A stretch of 64,000 bases of DNA from Rhodosorus marinus CCMP1338 (taxonomy: Eukaryota > Plantae > Rhodophyta): the NCBI GenBank assembly GCA_029953675.1, contig JAMWBK010000008.1:930001-994000 (forward strand). Reading direction: 5' to 3'. Each line of letters opens with the position of its first letter. Within the stretch, counting starts at the first letter, position 1. The position numbers and the translations under genes were made by a program. Positions 48,984 through 62,800 of the stretch are shown piece after piece. The notes under the pieces were generated by a model, which saw only the letters and a program-made list of their open reading frames with translations, did not search any database and had not been told where the DNA came from.

Positions 48984-49408
48984 GAGAGCAGGAGTAGTAT
49001 TGAAGCGAAGAGAGAGGTAGCCAACCGGATCCGCGGTTGCTTCCTTTCTCAGCAGGTTGCAGTCGTTTCGTTTCTGACCCAATAAGTCCGTCACGTGTAA
49101 CGGTCTGTTCTCGCCTGAAGGTCTGGAAAGATCGGTTCTCCCTTACTAAGCACTTGCTGTGTATGAACCATCATGAGGCAGAGCTCATCCAATGAATGTC
49201 CTATGAACTATCGTGTGAGTTAAACACTCCAACTTCAGGATTTGTATAGAGTTAGCGGTTTACTAAAAGGGTGATATTAAGTATCAACTCAGTGAGCTGT
49301 AGGATAAGCCCTCTAACCCAATTTGAGATGAACAGAGTAGTCAACATCGCGCAATAGGCATCTCGACTTTGCCTAACAAGAACACAGATTCGTCGGCAAA
49401 AATCGATA

Positions 49409-50491
49409 CTAATGCAACAGGGAAATAGCACCCGCGATTGCGAGGCTTGCAACTGTCAAAACGACAATCGCGGTACCCTTGTGAGCTTCAGGATCTGCCT
49501 CCTCCTTCAATAAACCCAACGATTTTTGCTTCTCTTCCCCAATGTATGAAGCGTCATATCTCTTCTTCACATCAAACTCTGGGAGTTCGTAGAGCAGCTT
49601 TTGTTCTGAAGTGTTCTCAACGTTCAGTTCACCCATTGCGTAGAACCCGAAGCTGAGTCGCTTCGCACGGGTGGATATCGATTCGACTGGAGATTTCTTT
49701 AGCTGAATGTAGATATCCTGAGCAGAGTCGCGCATTCCCATAGACTCAAAAACAACAGCCAGTTGCAAGTAGAGGGACCCGCCTAATTCTGAGCGATGTC
49801 CCACTACTTCTGTGAAGGGTTTCAGCAGTTTTGCGGCTTCCGCTGGTCGCGCCCTTACCAACAGGTCATTCGACAATTCGATCGCTTCCAGAATCTCCTC
49901 TCTATGTTTCTCCTCGTCTTTGTTCTCCAGGCCCGACGAAAGCTTGTAGCTTTGAAGTAGTTCACGGGTTTTCTCAAGCTTCTCTTGAGACTCCTCACTC
50001 TCCAGGTTCACACCACCCACCGGGATTCTCTTTCCGCCTCCGTAGGCTTTCGAAATGTCGTCAGGACGCTCAAAAACCCCCCAAGTAGAGACCTTGGGCT
50101 TGTATATTTGCGCTCCTTCACTCATGAACTTCTCGGCGTCTTCCATTTCTTGCATCAGCATCGCCTCCTCTGAGAGTGCGCCGTCCGGCACCGGCGGATC
50201 TAATCCTTCAAGTTGATTCTCCGCATTAGACGAGACGTCTGCTTCTCCTTTTTCCTCGATTTCAAGAGTTTCTTCCTCCAGCTCCTCCGATTCAGTTTTC
50301 TCTTTCGGAGACTTCTTCTTTTTCAGCATTCTAATCTTCGCCGCAATCTCGGCCTTCCGGTCTTCAAGCTTGTCCTTGTCGCCATCAATAAATCCTTGAA
50401 ATACCACCACCTTCCTCGATTTTCTGGTGCATATCTGTGAGTGCCTCTCTCCCTTTCCAGGACCACAAAAAGTTCCATGAACAAAAGCCAT
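49409..50491 (-). CDS. Conserved plastid-targeted protein with TPR-like helices and C-terminal TM helix
   Basis: 360-aa ORF; MAFV transit-like start; YKPKVSTWGVFERPDDISKAYGGG motif recalled from uncharacterised plant/algal plastid proteins; hydrophobic C-terminus. Confidence 0.7.
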   Translation of the reverse strand: MAFVHGTFCGPGKGERHSQICTRKSRKVVVFQGFIDGDKDKLEDRKAEIAAKIRMLKKKKSPKEKTESEELEEETLEIEEKGEADVSSNAENQLEGLDPPVPDGALSEEAMLMQEMEDAEKFMSEGAQIYKPKVSTWGVFERPDDISKAYGGGKRIPVGGVNLESEESQEKLEKTRELLQSYKLSSGLENKDEEKHREEILEAIELSNDLLVRARPAEAAKLLKPFTEVVGHRSELGGSLYLQLAVVFESMGMRDSAQDIYIQLKKSPVESISTRAKRLSFGFYAMGELNVENTSEQKLLYELPEFDVKKRYDASYIGEEKQKSLGLLKEEADPEAHKGTAIVVLTVASLAIAGAISLLH

Positions 50492-51447
50492 GGGAGAATA
50501 AAAACAAAAATATAACTATTCACACCCTAGACAGCGATAAATTACATTCCCAAACACGGCACTCCTACATATGTACATAACCTCAGCATTACTGTTCTTC
50601 TTAAGCATAGGTGCCTCTCGACGAAATCGTAATTTCCTCACATCCGATTCTCACCATCCACCGCCATCTCAATTGCGTTGGTCCTCTTCAGACAAACCCA
50701 AAATTTCGTCAGATTAGTGAGCACCAACGCCCTCATCTTACTATCAGAACAAATCAATTTAATTATTTAGACTAAAAATGCTACATATACATTTAGTTTC
50801 TTTCCAAAAACAAATATCGATGATATTTACTTATCATATTTAAAATACAATTTATTCGTGAAGCAGCTATGATTTTACGGAATGCCACGTGTCCTAACCG
50901 TTCAATGAGGTATAATGGGTGTGCAATATTCATATTTTGAATGCAAAATGGGGGCTTTGTTTTCTATTGGAATAAATGATGTTCGATCTGCTGTTCTTTA
51001 GAGTTGAGGTGGTTCGGGATGCTTTTCTTGGACTAACCGGCTTCCGACATTGTGTATGAGATTGAGTGTTGGGGGTACACACCAAATACCCAACGTATAA
51101 GGTGAAGTTCTATTTTGTCTGCGCTTTTGTTTTTGTGACTCTGTTGCGCTGAAGAGAACCTCCTATTCGTATCATTTCTGGGCTGCACAAGGCTTATGTT
51201 GATGAAGTGTCTCACGGGGTGAATTTTCGTAGTTTCGTATATGGGATCAGGAAATCATCACTCTGTGCTAGCCTGCAATAATGTTGGGCTACGACTTGCC
51301 GGTTCTTCTTTTCACCCACGCTAGGTGTACATTTGAGAAAAATATCAAGTCGATTTTATATGTACACATACATGCCCTGGTAAGCGGAAATAGAAATTTG
51401 AATAAAGCAGAGGAGAAAAAAATAAACACCAGTATACACAAAAAGTC

Positions 51448-53362
51448 CTATACGCCCATTTCGGCGTCTTCCCTGGATCGTACTGGCGATCCATCGCCAG
51501 TAGCTTCTCCAGATCCGTCCCGAGAACCTTCACCAGAACCCTCTCCGGAACCTTCGCCAGAACCTTCACCAGAACCTTCACCAGAACCTTCACCAGAACC
51601 GGATACTCCAATAGATCCCTCACCGGAGCCTTCTCCAGAGGCATCACCCGACCCTGAGCCTGAACCCTCGCCGGACACGTTACCAGATCCAGAGCCTTCA
51701 CCTGAACCGCCGTCACCACCAGAGCCCCCTGCTGCTTCTCCGGATCCAGATCCATCACCAGACCCAGAGCCCTGATTACTTCCAACTTCAAAGCTGGAAA
51801 CCTTGAGGTATCGTTGCCGGACACCTCCAGAGGCTGATGCAGCTCCCCCAGATCCTCCTCCAGATCCTTCTCCACCAGAACCCCCAGACCGATCTCCTGG
51901 TGGACTATCACCTGATCCGTCACCACCTGAGCTGGTCCCGCTAGATCCTCGCTCACCATGTGCCAATGGAACGCCAAGTGTGGACGCCTGCTGATCGTCT
52001 CCCCCAGAGCCTCCAGCCCCTTCGCCAGATCCAGATCCTTCCCTGGCTTCACTGCCTTCGCTCTCTTTGTGCGGACCTCGTTTGAGCTTGCTTACAACCG
52101 AGGCGCTTCCCAAGCCGGCCTTCCCTAGTTTGTTAGCTGCCGCTTGGTTCCGCGAAACAGCGCCGCTACTACTCGATCTTCCATTAGATTTGCTATCATT
52201 CGAGCCCGACTCAGATTCGTTAACCGCAGCCACTCGCGCAGAGTTAATTCTAAAGCCTGAATTGTTTCCATTCGAGCTCGGAGCGTCGGACCCATTACCA
52301 CGAGATCCGTTGGAATCGTTGGAGCCAGCTCGCCGTGGAGGATTCGTTGTCTTCACGTTGGCATGCTTTAGTGCGTTGCTGACTCTGGGTTGTCCCTTGA
52401 CGGCAAGAGCCTCCTCGGCAGCCTTTCCCTCCTTGGCCTCATTAGATCCGTTTCCATTGGATGGATTGCCTGAACTCGGAGGATCAAACTTGTCCCCAGT
52501 GCGCGCATCTGACGCACTTCGACTGCTTCTTTTGGACTTGCTCAAATCCAGGGCAATGCCCCTCGCAACAAGCTTTTGTCGCTTTGCAATCTGCTGAGCA
52601 GATGCGCTCGTACAGGACCGCTGAGTCTGCTCCTTGCTCCCAATAGTGAGCCTTGATTCTTCAGGGTACTGCTCAACTCTATTCGATTCGTCCTTCGGCT
52701 TCCTCAGCGTGTAGAAGTTCACCGCCTCCGGTTCGATAACAAGGGATGATGGCGGGGAGGTGGGAGGCTCTACAACAGAATCTGCATCTTCGGCGTCCTC
52801 GTCCGGAGACGTAGAACTGGGAACTTTGCCCGCAAATGAAATCGTACGCTCTGCCAAAGTTTTTGTGACACATTTTCTTGAATGCATTCTCGTGGTTCGT
52901 CCGCTGTGAGCAAAGTTGTCACATTTCTTGCACATTGTTGAGCCCTCATTCTCGCAGTATACCTGTGGCGCCACAGAAATGGTTCAGAAAAGAACATTTG
53001 CCATAAAATCAACGTCCCACTGGACTTACCGTAGCAGGTCTTCTATCACAAATGTCACACATGGCCATTGACACAAGGACGCTACTATGATTCCCCATGC
53101 TAATACGGGAATGCGACGACATGTCGCCAGCCGGGACAGCCTGCGCACCATAATAGGGCCCTCTCGAGACCGGCGGTTCCATTACTAGCCGCGGGCTCAC
53201 TACCGGTAACCTTATCTTTTTCTTTTGCCTGCCCCCTTTGCTTGGGTGCATTGTCCCATCGCATTTTACGCACAGAGGAAGCTCGTGCTGTATACAGTAC
53301 ACCACGGCCTTGGCGCTTTTGCACCCATCGCACAACGCAGAAACTCTCGCTAGCCTTGCCAT
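51448..53362 (-). CDS. Double B-box zinc-finger protein (BBX/CONSTANS-like N-terminus) with long Gly/Ser-rich tail; intron 52963-53029
   Basis: [29 protein letters not shown] and [10 protein letters not shown]|[21 protein letters not shown]...HSR are two B-boxes; tail has (SGEG)n repeats; no CCT domain seen. Confidence 0.8.
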
Positions 53363-56156
53363 TCTGTAGCCCAGAACCTTTAAACCCCACTGCCCATCCC
53401 TATGAGCTACCCTCCAAACCAAACCAGGCCCTGGAAGCTCTTACAACCCAAACTCATCCAAAGCAATTTCCCCGCAAATACCCACCCGTACTTAACCAGC
53501 CTCCCCAAAACCAACCTCCGCAATTCGAAGCTACAGCGTTCACCACCTTCCGTTCTCACAGCACGCTATGCCAATCCCTTATCCTCATCATCCTTCACAA
53601 CTACCAACACTAGTTCACTACCCAGCAAGCCTATTTCTCTCGTACAGTTTGAACTCGTGTGGGTGTCCTCCCTCTACCTTGAATGTAGTTTCTTCACCCC
53701 AAACCCTCTTCACCTCACATCATCGCACAAAAACACAACCTTTGACACGAGTAAAAAGCTCTGTTCTCCCCCCGCCCCCTTCGAATCTCATTGAAACTTT
53801 TTTTTGGAAACTAATGCGACCCTTTTTTGGTGTCTAACATATGCGCGCCCTTTCGTCAGTTTGTGGGTCACCATAGGGTTGCGGATACTTTACTCATAGG
53901 ACAGAAGGATATTCATCTGGGGCCTAGAATAGTTCCAGACGACGACATTCGCATCTAATTGGTTGCAAAGAAGATGCTTGATTGGCTAACAGATACGAAT
54001 ACGAGGGATTTTTTGACTGTCTGAAAGAATCAAGGATTAATTAACCAATCCGGTCTTAGACAATTTCAAATATTTTCCGAAAGAGATCTTTTCCTTGCGT
54101 CTGTTCTTATCTCTTAGCCAATCACGGGAATATACAAAGCGACGGTACAGAATTTTTCTACCGTTTTTAACCCCTCAAGTGATCTCGGACCATCAGTTTT
54201 TCAATCCTTAGCGACCACCCCTTGAGTGAGGTTACTTCTATCGCCCTAGACCAGTTTTAAACTCAACCTGACTTTCATGTTTCTAGGTAACGTTGAATAC
54301 CCTACGGTACAATGTCCCGCAAAGATGCATAAATAAGCACTTCTATATTTAATTATAGCCGTATCGTAGCCAAGAAAAAATTTGTACTCAATATTTATTC
54401 TCATAATACGATAAACTACTGTCTCGGGCCTTTCCTCCCAAATCCTTTAAGCATAATTTTCAATAATTTAGGGTCATTCTCACACTAAATAGACCGTTTG
54501 TTGAAGTATGTCGTATATTCTACCCAGGGTATAGAAAAGTCAACGACTTGTACGAGAATCGAGAATATGTCAACCTCCCCTGTCCCTGTTTTTTGCCTGA
54601 TATTGGGTGGGCTCTTCAATGAAAAATCAATGTGAAAAGGGGGGTAGGAAGTATTCCTAGAACCATAGATATTATCAAGGAAGGGTATCCTCTAGTGGAG
54701 ACTGCAAAGTACTTTGAGATATTTTAGATTCTATCCTTTTTTGTTGGAGGAAAGATTAAAAAGATTCTCTTAATAAATTTATGGGTATTACTCTATTCCC
54801 CTTTTAAACTCTCCGTTTCGGCGCTCTCGGCTCCTCAAAGAATCCCAGTTCAATATATTAGATTAAATGTCGCACCAACACAAGCACCAATCGGATGCAC
54901 CCATGAATGTCGTTTTTTCATGCGAACGACAACGTTTCAGTTACTACTAAAATATGAATATTAGTGGTTCTGGAAGTGGCTCGTTTTCTTATGATAAGAT
55001 TCAATCAAAATATTGAAAATGTAGGGTGATTGTGCTATATATAGGTATAACAATTGTAATATTAGAATAGTGGTCGGATCTGTCTTTCTCAAAAAGACGA
55101 AGCTGGAGCTTTTCTAGAGAGTAAAGCATAATGTAGGGAAAGATTTGTTTTTGTGTGGAACCTTACCACGGGCTGTTCTTTTTGGACTGCCATTGGTGAC
55201 GGCTGTTTCATTTAGGGTTGTCATAAAACGTCCGGTATAGGTTATCTCCCTCCTTGCCCTTTGATTGAAGTTTGATAATTTGTTTAGTAGGCGATGAAGA
55301 AGTCTCCCAACTACAGTGTAAAGCAAGCCCGATAGCTGATGCCGCCGATTGCTATCGGCCTTTTTATCGGATGTGTTCATGATAACTCTCCTCAGCGACA
55401 CGATGTGGAATGTTTTGGGGGAGATTTGAGATAGTGCTTGTTGAGATCTTCGTGAACCTCGCAATGCGCTCATACTGTAGCTTTGTTGTTGGCAAGGCCC
55501 ATATAAAATTTAGAGGACTAGGCGTTTGCTTGAGTTCCGAATCCTCATGCTAATAGGAACTGGTTGTTGGAGGGCAGTTGGCGACTATATGCCAAGGTAT
55601 ATTTTAGATTATGTTACTACGACGACGAGGATATCCCTGACTCATATGTGATGAACTCTTCCTTCAATAGAGCTGACAATTTGAGTACACGGACTGAGGA
55701 GGGCCGTTTTGAGGAAGCGACTGATCGAAGGTAAGAAACGCATGCGACACTCCGAGTAGCTACCTATTGGCACGTATGGGCTCACCCTCAGAATCCAGAA
55801 CTCCATCCGCACCTTGATCTAGATGACTAAAAAAGCTCGGATTGCGTTTCGGCATATTGAATATCTTAGTTGACAGTTGCTATGTACCTCACGTATGATA
55901 GTGCAGCTTTTCATTCAGCTCATTATGCGTTCCCCAAAATCTCGGCAGAGACGTGATACAATGTCGCGTTGCAGTCGCTGAGCACGGCGAAAAACCGGTC
56001 CTCAGCGAGTCTTAATCCTTTCGCTTCTTGGAAGCTGAGCCCTGCGTGGGAACGCCGTGGGAAGGGCAATGCCGCTCTTTAGAGATGAATCAAACCTCAA
56101 CTTGAAAACAAAAGCGTTGAGAGTTCTAGACTGCCAATGACGCATGGGAGGTTCTC

Positions 56157-56216
56157 ACCGGGCTCAAGCTGGAGACCTGTTCCCAGGTGTTCCCAGGTCT
56201 CCAGCTTGAGCCCGGT
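56157..56216. repeat. Perfect 23-bp inverted repeat with 14-nt loop (intergenic hairpin)
   Basis: accgggctcaagctggagacctg-ttcccaggtgttcc-caggtctccagcttgagcccggt. Confidence 0.9.
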
Positions 56217-57065
56217 TTCTCGCAAGTAGAGCCTAAACGAAGAGCTGTATCCCCAAATCTGTATCCAGGTGCGAATGCAGGGAGGTAATGTCGTCTTCTA
56301 CGATGGTTCATCGTGCCCTAGGGACAGGGCCAGTCCAAACTCTCAGCCAGCGAGCGCACGATAAAATAGAAAAGATTAGGGACCAATATTCTAGATAAAC
56401 ACAACTACTCTACTATTATTTTATGAAAATAACGGGTGGGTTCTTTTCTAGGGAGAAATCTGGACAGAACCTGTAATCAAGGGGCTCGATCAGGTTGCTT
56501 TCGAACTGATAGACGACTGCGAATCAGTACGATGTCCTTGGGAAAGGAGAGTGGCTTACCCTCATCCATTAGACTTTGCATCTTTCGGCGCTCTTGCCAT
56601 ATATCAGTCTCTCGATTTTGCCATTGGGATTTTCCCGGCTTCCTGTTTTCCAATTGAAACTCTGCGTTTCTCTAGACGCCGAGTACTAAGAAGCTCACTC
56701 CGACTTTGCGGCATGGATTAAGAAACCCATTTCGTCATTGGCAATGGAGTATTATCAGAACCAATTTATCGTGACTTCTTTCCGCTTATAAGATTCCCGA
56801 GATGGCGCATCACCGACGCCAGGTTCATCTCCAACGAGGAAGGCTTGCGACTGCTGAGTTTGGGTGGAGGAACGAGGTGCGCGGTTGAAAGATCTGGAGA
56901 GGTTCGCATTAATTAGAGGGATAGCGTGTACTGCACATCCTATTGGCGTCAAAGAAAAGTTTATGAGCAGATCAGCTGGACAGGTTGGTGTTTTTTTGGT
57001 TGAGGCTGCTCTGGTTGTTGGAGATACAATACGGATCGCTGGGAAAGGAAACGAGGTAGTTAAAC

Positions 57066-57994
57066 ATGAAGGGCTTTGGCCCTGCTGCGATCGTAAGGAT
57101 CGCAGCGAAGAGGGAACAGGTGAGGAAGAGAATGATCAAACCAAAGGAGGCGTATACAGCGGCGGAGTTGTTTGAGAAGTTCCCTGCCGGGCGGACTCGA
57201 GCGGAAACGAAGGAGGAGCTCTCCAAGAGGTGTGATAAAGTTCGGCGGGCGATGAGGCACAAAGCTGACCGTGCGAGGGTACTCAGAGAGAAGGATCCAG
57301 AGGTAGAATTCCTGAAAAAGCTTAGGCGGAATGCGAAATTGGAAGTCAATTCGCCGGGGAGGGTGCTGGCAAGAGAGCTCTCGGTCCGGCATATGGCAGA
57401 CCAGAACACTGCACCACTTCTCGATGACGTTGTAGCGAGCTGCTTGAAAAGTGAGCTTATCAACAGCAAGCGACATCTACTTCGGACGATGGCGGTAATG
57501 AAGAAGAGCGTAAGGATCCAGAAGAAAACTTGTTCCCCGATCAAACCAGTTTTTGAGAGTAGCATTACTAACCTTCCCTCTTCGCCTTTCTTCTTCCGCC
57601 CTCACCCGCGCCACACACCCGCACATTTCTCATCTTGAACCTTACGCGCCTACCATATACGCAGGGACAGGTTGTGATTACCCGGGCGACGACGCCCGAA
57701 GAACAGAAGAAGAAGCACAACCAGAGAAGATTGTGCGTCTCACTAACAAAGAAGGGCCTGCACACTTTCAAATGGATTCGACAGAAGGAAAGAGGAGAAC
57801 TGAAACCCGATAGGGAGCAGAAGAGAATAGAAAGGGTCGAAAGTTTGGAGAAAGAAAGACAGGAACGAATCGATGCGAAATTGAAGACAGCTAAGGAGAA
57901 AGAACCGGAGTCACAGCAAACGCTTGCAACCCGAGCGCTCTTCCGAATTGTGAATTTGTTCCGACCTTCGAAATGGAGACAGGCCAGTGCATGA
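57066..57994 (+). CDS. Basic, helical hypothetical protein, probably two exons
   Basis: Adjacent coding-like ORFs 57066-57638 and 57635-57994, Lys/Arg/Glu-rich, with a possible donor gtaagg near 57509. No family recognised. Confidence 0.5.
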
Positions 57995-58462
57995 ACAGTG
58001 TGAGATTCTAATCACATACGAGAAAGTTAGGAGCTGAAGGAATGACCGGGGGCCGACAGGGAACGTGGGAAAGAAAACAAAGCCCTGACTAACTCAACCA
58101 GAGGAGGATCATTCTGCACTTCACACTGCCGTACTCTCAGTCGTGATCGAGTTGCCCCGAAGTTGGTGGTGGTGAAGGGAGGCTTGCATATAGAATCCAA
58201 GATCAGGTAATTTCTTACATCAGACGAGGTGGTTTTGTTGTTGGATTTATTGACTGTACACTTCTTGCTATCCACATCTGAACTCGCGGTAAAAGAAGTC
58301 CCACCGCTTTGCATTCTCACGGAACAAGCAAATGATAATCTAGAAACGTTACAAACGTTCTTGCCTTTTGGTGAAGTTGAGCACTCACCAGCCTCCCGAA
58401 ACGAGAATTTGATGACGCGACAACCCAGTGTATTCCCTGAAGTTCTTCTCGGTTCACCGCGT

Positions 58463-59857
58463 TCATTGTTTTCCCAATTTCTCTACTACTTCGGCGTACT
58501 TCAAGTTCCTCGCCGTCTGACAAAACAAGTCTACAGCAGATTCAGGAGTGCCCTAGAAACCAGAAATGATAGGAATGCAAAGGTCTTGTCAACGTACGAG
58601 CATTATTGTCTTGCACCGAAGTAGTCTTACTTGTGTCATACATACCTGCACAACACCATGTCCGAGGTTGAGTATATGCCTCCGACCAGCGTCCTCGCAG
58701 CACTTTGTTACTGTGTCCTTGATGACTGTTTCAGCTCCCAGCAAAGTAAGAGGGTCTACGTTTCCCTGAATGACAAACTCGGGACCAAGCCTCTCCCGAG
58801 CGTCGGCAATATTCACACTCCAGTCTACTTGAATAACGTCCACTTTACCCTGCAGAGCATGCTTTATAAGTTCCAGCTTCCCTCCGCATCCGTTCGCGAA
58901 GAAGATTAAGGGGACCGATCGGCCCGTCTCGCTCAGCCAAGCTTTCACCGTGGTTACCACCTTTGCTGTATAAGGCAACGAAAACTTCTCGTATTGCTCA
59001 GGGCTGAGATGGTGTGCCCAGGAATCGAAAAGCTGTACCACCTGTGCGCCTTGTTCTATTTGATATATTATGTACTTCGAGATCACATCAGCCAGGGTAT
59101 CTAGCAGCTGGTGTGCAACGTCCGGTTGGCTGAAGAGAATCTTCTTCGTCTTCATGAGGTTCTTATCACCTTTCCCCTCCATTGAGTAGGCCGCAAGTGT
59201 CCACGGACATCCAACAAAACCAAGCAAAGTGGTCTTCCCTGCCGTCTCGTCTCGAAGTGCGTTGAGAGTGGTCCCCACAAAGCTGAGGTCTCTTTCAGGA
59301 TTGAACGAAGATGCAGCCGTGACGTTTTGCAGATCCTCAAACGATCGTACTGGATTGGATATTCTGGGCCCGACCCCTCGCACCATGTCAAACTCAATTC
59401 CGATTGCCGGGAGCGGCGTCAAGATGTCAGAGAACATGATCACCCCATCCGTCTGAAATGCGCGCCACGGTTGCAATGAGAGTTCAATGGCTAACACGAT
59501 TGAAAATATAGAAACGGAATCCAAAACCTTTGGTTAGTACATATGCCTCCTTGTCCGAGGAGTTATCGAACACGAAAAAAAAGTCCAGAGGGATCGTGAG
59601 AGTGCTATTAACTTTCTCGTTTTAGTACCTATTTCTGGAGTTTCAGACCGATGTCGGAACGAATATTTGTCCGAATATTCACGAAAGGCCTCCATGTATC
59701 GTCCAGCCTGCCGCATCAACCATACTGGGGGTCGTTCAACCAACTCTCCACGCGCAGCCCTCAGTAAAATTGGCGCATCTTTCCCATTCTGATCTGCGCT
59801 CATGCAAACCCGGCCACTTCGTCCTGGGTGAGCACCGAGCGAAACAACAAAAGCCAT
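58463..59857 (-). CDS. hemE: Uroporphyrinogen decarboxylase, plastid-targeted, 3 exons
   Basis: MAFV transit start; [67 protein letters not shown], last exon GTPESAV...LGKQ*. Confidence 0.95.
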
Positions 59858-62800
59858 CCCTCTCCAGTTCCCGGGCAAACTCTACAAAAAGACTGGATTT
59901 CACGCGAAAAAAATTAACCTCAACTTCAACCTTGACTTAGGATAGCTCCGCCTCAGTCAATCAACTAAAATTCTTCACCCATAAGGTCTAAGACATCTAA
60001 GCTTCCTTTCGATCACTATGTCTGCACCGATCGCCCCATGCAGCTCCCCAAAACAGTATAAGAACTCAACCCCGCTTTGCGAAAACTGCACCGCGCTCGA
60101 TGCCTATAGCTTTTTTTTTCCTCTTTTTCAAGACCTGATCTCCCAAAAACGACAATGTATCTCCTATTCTGAAAAACAAATATGTTTACGACACTGCTAG
60201 AAATTGAAATACTATCTACCCCTCTGTTTCTATCTTGCGTCACGCAAAGAAGAATCTCTTGTGTGGGTACCCCTACACTTTTCTTGAACTTTTTATTTTA
60301 TTATTTGAATTATACTCGAAGAAGAACGTATCAAAGGGTTAATTTTATTGCAAGATATTTCAAGCACTATTTTAGTAGGGGTGATATGTTTTTGGGGATT
60401 TCTTGTTCATGTGGGACAGAAGATTTCTGGACTGGGACAGTGTGAGTTTCCGGCAGCCTGGTGAGGCTTGCGGCTGTCGGTTGGTAGTTCGTGGGAGGAA
60501 AGGCTGTCGTTGCTGACGAAAGGAGATTGTGACGGTTTGCAAGCATGATTTAGAATAGCATGGAAAAGTCCTCCTACTCTCAGAACGAAAAAAAATGTTC
60601 TTTTTACTTCTGCGTCAATGGATGGGTGGTCGCGGTTCTATACTGCGAAGAGTCATGCACGCCTGATACATACTAGGAGTACTGGTTAGGCTCTGAGTGA
60701 GACTATCATGGTGAGATTTTTCGAGAGTTTACGCTACCTACCAAGAAGCACTGGTAGGCTTGCTCAGAAGTTGGAGCTTTGCTGATCGCGTCACGACTTT
60801 TCTCTGGAGCGTAGACTACTGAAGGGTCTGCGAAGGAGCCGTAGAATTAGCAGTCCGTTCCTTCGGCTTTTCTTGTGAGTTCCACAACACGTACATGTTA
60901 AGATTCATTTACACAGCACTATATTGAGTTCATCATATACGTTTATTAGAATAGGACGTCTCTTGGTAAGCGGTCAATGGGGACGGACCTTTCATACGTT
61001 CCTGGAACTGCTCAGCCTCAGCCTGCGCCAAACTCTGTTGGACTAGACCTAGCCTGGAAACCAAGAATCCATACTTTCATTAAATGATATCGGCCACTTG
61101 ATTTGTTTTTCGCGAAGTCTTTCATATAGAGGATCGGGCGTGACTTTCGACGACCATATCTATCCAGGATTAAGCAAAGCTGCGCAGATTTCCAACCACA
61201 TACCCACACAAGGCCATATACAGCTTCTCGTTCCCTGCGATTAGACCGATCTGTCTCCCAGCACATCCTAAGCACAGTGCGACGAAATCTCGAGCATTGG
61301 TCGGGTCTCACCGATTCGCTATACAAAAAATCATAAGCTAAAACAGACCAATGAGGCCTGGAGAATAAGGACCAAATCCGCTATCAAGAGCTAAATGGAC
61401 GCCAGTCGGATCCCAGCAGCAAGTGTAATCATTCTGAAACTCCACCATTCAGAAGCTGCTATGGTGGAACTAGGCTCACAACGATTCGGTTTGCCAGAAC
61501 CAGACCAATAATAAATGATTGAAAATTTTCGACCAATAGTAATGTCGGATACAGATCTTTTTCCTTTACAAATCGATAGGACAGTCGGGGGTAGAACGAT
61601 TTTTTTTTGCTTTCGAGGGCAAAAGTGCAGTATGTGGACGATGTCCTCAGCGACTTAGGTTCTGCTTATCTCGAACCACGCACGTCCTTAATACAACGGA
61701 AGGGGGGGGGGAAGGGGAATGAAGCTACCTTCTCCCGTTTTCCATGCCAACCCTTTGTTCGAAGGATTTCCTAGATAGCTGCTTCTTGTCGAATAAATTT
61801 CAGTGAATGGCAAACGATACTGGGGGTTTGGATCGGAATGAAATTGTTTCTTTGGATCGATCTTGTTCGGGATAGATTCTTTGGTCGCCGTGATTATCTG
61901 TGACTCCGTTCGTACGATTGTGGCGAAGGGGATCGATCCGCTTACCGCTAGCAAAATTTTTGTTAGGAGCTGTGCGCTCTCAGGCACAGAATCTGGTCTG
62001 GCTTGGGATGTTGGGAGTGGTACGTCTCCTTTTGCTGGACCCTTTAGGGTTTCGACGCTCAGGCCTTGGACTCTGTTCTACCCCGTTTTGACCGTGCTCT
62101 ACAGAGTCCTCGGTTCTTTCTCTACAGACTCTGCCGTTCTTGTTTCAATGCATCTGGAAAAAGTTTTCATGACGCCTTCATGCAGAGGCAAACAATCAAG
62201 GCGGAGCTTGTATGACAGGCAAGCGCTAGGTATATCCCTTGGAGACTTTGGGCCGGTTCCCCGCGTAGCGTTCATTACCAGCCAGTACGCACGTGTTTTG
62301 AACTGCTTAGACCCCCCTTTGAAACGCATTCCTCAAGAACGGGAACATTTCCAGGGAAAAGGAACGTTCAGTAGATTGCAAATCCCGTCGCTGGCAGAAC
62401 CTCTACAGAAGTATTGTAGATATCAAGAACACAATAATTATCATTATACAAGATTTATAAGGACACGTTCTTTCGAATAATTGGATAAGTTTTCATACAT
62501 CTCCCAGTGCAAGAACACGCGCCGATTTGTGATTGGTAGACTATTTGCCAAGTTGGAACTGGGGAGTGCTAAAATTTCTTCTGAAAATAGATAAGGTTGT
62601 TTCCGAGCATGGAGCATCGCCGAAAAAACTAAAACTATATTAATACACTCTTGTTCCCGGGGACCTCAAGGCGTTGTCCAATGATATTTGGAAGTTGAAA
62701 AACATTTCTGTGGACTCTTCATAAAAGGCTGTTGGAAGCCCTATAGAAAGGGGGTGAAGTTTCATTTTCTTCTACGGGAGGGGGGGGGGAAATCCAAGTA

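Noticed and set aside
61688-62480. Overlapping ORFs of 205 aa (+) and 99 aa (-)
   Set aside because: Near-cognate starts, no recognisable domains and no splice support.
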